A stretch of 64,000 bases of DNA from assembly GCF_004010195.1 (NCBI RefSeq), contig NC_057753.1:6619378-6683377 (forward strand). The letters are read 5' to 3'. Shown here piece after piece: positions 61,420-64,000 of this stretch. The notes beneath the pieces are model-generated. The model saw only the letters and a program-made list of their open reading frames with translations, was not told where the DNA came from and did no database searches. Position numbers and translations under genes: made by a program. The DNA comes from Chiloscyllium plagiosum (taxonomy: Eukaryota). Every line of letters starts with the position of its first letter. The stretch's first letter is position 1.

Positions 61420-63270
61420 CCCCATGCTGGGCAGTGATCGAACTCAATGTTGCTGCGCAATGCACTAATGTATTCTGCACAGCTCCAAATGCTGGTAGAA
61501 TGACTGCTCCAAGATAACAGATCAATGCATTGTTGTTCACTGCATGGTTTTACGACACGGAGGTTAGCTCCTCTGTTAATTAAGCAAACACCCAAAAAGT
61601 CTCACTTCGTCTTGCAATATGGTAAAATATATGAGTGACAGAGAGCTCCCTAATTCCACTATTTAAAGAAAATAAAATCTAGTTATGTCTTAACTCCAAA
61701 AGTGAACATTCAACAATCAATATTGAAAACTCTAAAATCCGCCCCGTCCCCCCGCCAATTTGTCCTAACTGTGTGTGAATTGCCTACTACCCTATAACAA
61801 TATGCTGTGCCAATAAGGCACTTATTAAATTACATCAACTTAATTTCGAAACCACACAGCCACTGTCGTTTTCTATGACTTCAGTCTTCTGGCTGCTGAA
61901 TTCCTCGGATCGTATTCTTTATTTTTACTACGAGTTTATTTCATATGTAAATGTACCTTTGATACAGAGGGTTTCCTAATTTCCTGGATCTTTCTCAATG
62001 GCAGTTGCTCTCTACAATTTTCAAAATGCCCACGTTTTTAAACTCACAACTTCAGATCGTTGGTAAAACAATAAACTCAACACGATTGGGTTTTTTAGTG
62101 TCCTGGGGCATAATTTAAACTGTTTTTGTTTTTCGAATTGTTGTCAAACAGCAAACAAAACTCAAGTAACCATTTCATAGGCAAATATTATGTATTTCCA
62201 ACTTTTTAATGCATTCAGTGACTTCCATCTTGTCGTATACACAGGTACTTGGAAGCTCTGTTTAGAATACAATTCAGTCTATCTTAAATGTCCATTAAAC
62301 GCCTTCAACTGTATAACAATAGCTACTAATGCTGAACATTTACCTCGACCAAGTTTATATATTTTTGCACTGCTCTTATCCATGCAGGTCACCATGGTGG
62401 ACAAATATCTCGTCCAGGCAGATAAATCAATACACTGACGTGCTCCGTGCAACTCTCCGTGATTAGCAGATATCTAGTCTGGCTTTCAAGAACATTGCAC
62501 TGCAGTGTGGAGTGGTAACTGAGTCAGGCTTACGGATCAATGTAATGGAGTCATCTGCCCCGCACGCGATGCTAAGCAGATTTGTGGTCTGGGTTAATAG
62601 ATCTAGGTCAGAAGCCACGTGATGAAGTGGCAATGCTCCTAAAGCTTGAAGTTTCAAATTAGCCTGTGAAATATCACCTGCTGTGTCCTGATTTCTAACA
62701 TTGTCTATCCCTGTCCAAATCAGGATCTCAAACTCGTTAACAGACCATTGCACTGTTTTGGTCTGTTCAGCACCCCATGTTGTTTGGATAGCTGATTCAG
62801 ACTTACATCGCTGACCTGGTTTAATTTGCACAGCTCCTCAATCTGGACAGAGAGGTTGTGCGGATATATAGATTAATCCACTAGTGTACTGCATAGACAT
62901 CTCATCAGTGATCATAAATCAATGTGTTACTGTGGTCTGTACAGCTCTCAAGGCTGTGCAATCATCTAGTCCTAGATTATAGAACAAAATACTAGACTGG
63001 TGTGTACTGTTTCCCATGTTGGACAGATATGTTGTCCAGAAGTATAGGTAAATACACCAGTGGGTCTGTACGACACCCCAGGTTTTGTGGCTTAATAGAT
63101 CAATGCACAGATAGGGTCTGAACACATTAAAGTGCAGTACATGACTTTGGTTGAGTTAATAGATCAATCAACTGGTGCAGTGTGAACAGCTCACGGTACG
63201 ACACAGATATCTCGTCTCTGTGTAAGTACTAATGCACTGATGTGGTCTGAACCGCTCCCCAAACTGGATG
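61420..63270. repeat. Highly diverged ~65 bp tandem repeat array, interrupted at ~61600-62380
   Basis: Unit approximately aatgcactgatgtggtctgtacagctccccatgctggacagatatctcgtc...ttaatagatc. Anchors at 61459, 61524, 62429, 62495, 62921, 62987, 63051, 63102, 63166 and 63231, mostly 64-66 bp apart. Confidence 0.6.
61612..62245. mobile_element. Possible solo-LTR-like insertion within the tandem array
   Basis: ~630 bp block unrelated to the 65 bp unit, with possible TG...CA ends; no TSD confirmed. Confidence 0.3.
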
Positions 63271-64000
63271 GAATGTTTGTTGAAGCTTGCAGATCAATTC
63301 ACCAGTATTTTGTGTACAACTCCTCATGCAGGACAGGCATCCAGCTGCTTTTACATGTCAAGGCACTGGAGTTATGTTTACAGAATTCTAAACATTTTGT
63401 TACTAGACAATGAAATCGATGGTGTAGCCTCGAGGAGACTTCATTCACGTTTAAACTTTCTGAACATCTTTCCTTTCACTACTGATAATTGCAGACTGTG
63501 GACAGGAGAAAAACACCCCACACTGAAAAGAAAACCAAAGTAATTGATTCTAATTTGCGATACAAAAGGTTAAACTCAAACAGAATTGAAGCATTTCTGA
63601 ACTCAGCGATACCCGATCAGCATAAATGGTGGCATATCATTTCAGGGAGGAAGAGCGATTATCCAGAGCAAAGGTCGCCTCCAGAAACTGGTTGAACTCT
63701 AACTGCATCATTCAGAGATTTCAAAAATAAAGATATTTTCTGGACGTCATGTGTGCTGGCGTGGACTGGATGCCGACACAGCCACATTAATGGGCAGTGT
63801 GCTAAGAGCCGACTCAGACAAAAACCACCACAGCAGATCACCCACATTCGTAGGAACGGCCGAAAAATGCTGGACTTGGTTAAACATCTACTAAACCCAG
63901 TTGCTCCAGCGGTTTTATGTTTTTAGTCAATTTGGACGAGCATGTAAAATGCTTGGATGTGCATGGAGGTCATTAGTCAAACATTGGGACAACAGTGTTG

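Noticed and set aside
61420..63270. CRISPR-like repeat-spacer array or repeat-protein exon
   Set aside because: Similarity extends along the whole unit with no constant repeat plus unique spacer, the context is eukaryotic, and no frame is maintained.

Overview
Eukaryotic, AT-rich, repeat-dense genomic DNA. The repeat content (HE1/V-SINE-like SINEs, abundant CR1-type LINEs, Penelope-like elements) suggests a cartilaginous fish; this is inference. Roughly half or more of the window is decayed CR1-clade LINE sequence, often nested. The only well-supported host genes are two divergently oriented, two-exon class A GPCR paralogues resembling GPR139/GPR142. The minus-strand copy (exons 11694-11760 and 9166-10049) has a single in-frame TGA replacing the conserved TM6 Trp. 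The plus-strand copy (exons 32451-32517 and 39965-40851) is intact, 317 aa. The most striking non-genic signal is a set of at least nine short Penelope-derived sequences carrying minimal hammerhead-ribozyme cores (CUGANGA-stem II-GAAA-palindrome-NUH) in three sequence families. Some sit at the 3' end of GIY-YIG Penelope remnants. Others are stand-alone 100-220 bp inserts with target duplications of 9-86 bp, including a near-perfect 174 bp palindrome. Also present: a highly diverged ~65 bp tandem array (61.4-63.3 kb), two possible solo LTRs and two assembly gaps. All calls were made by eye; TE boundaries are approximate and no database searches were run.
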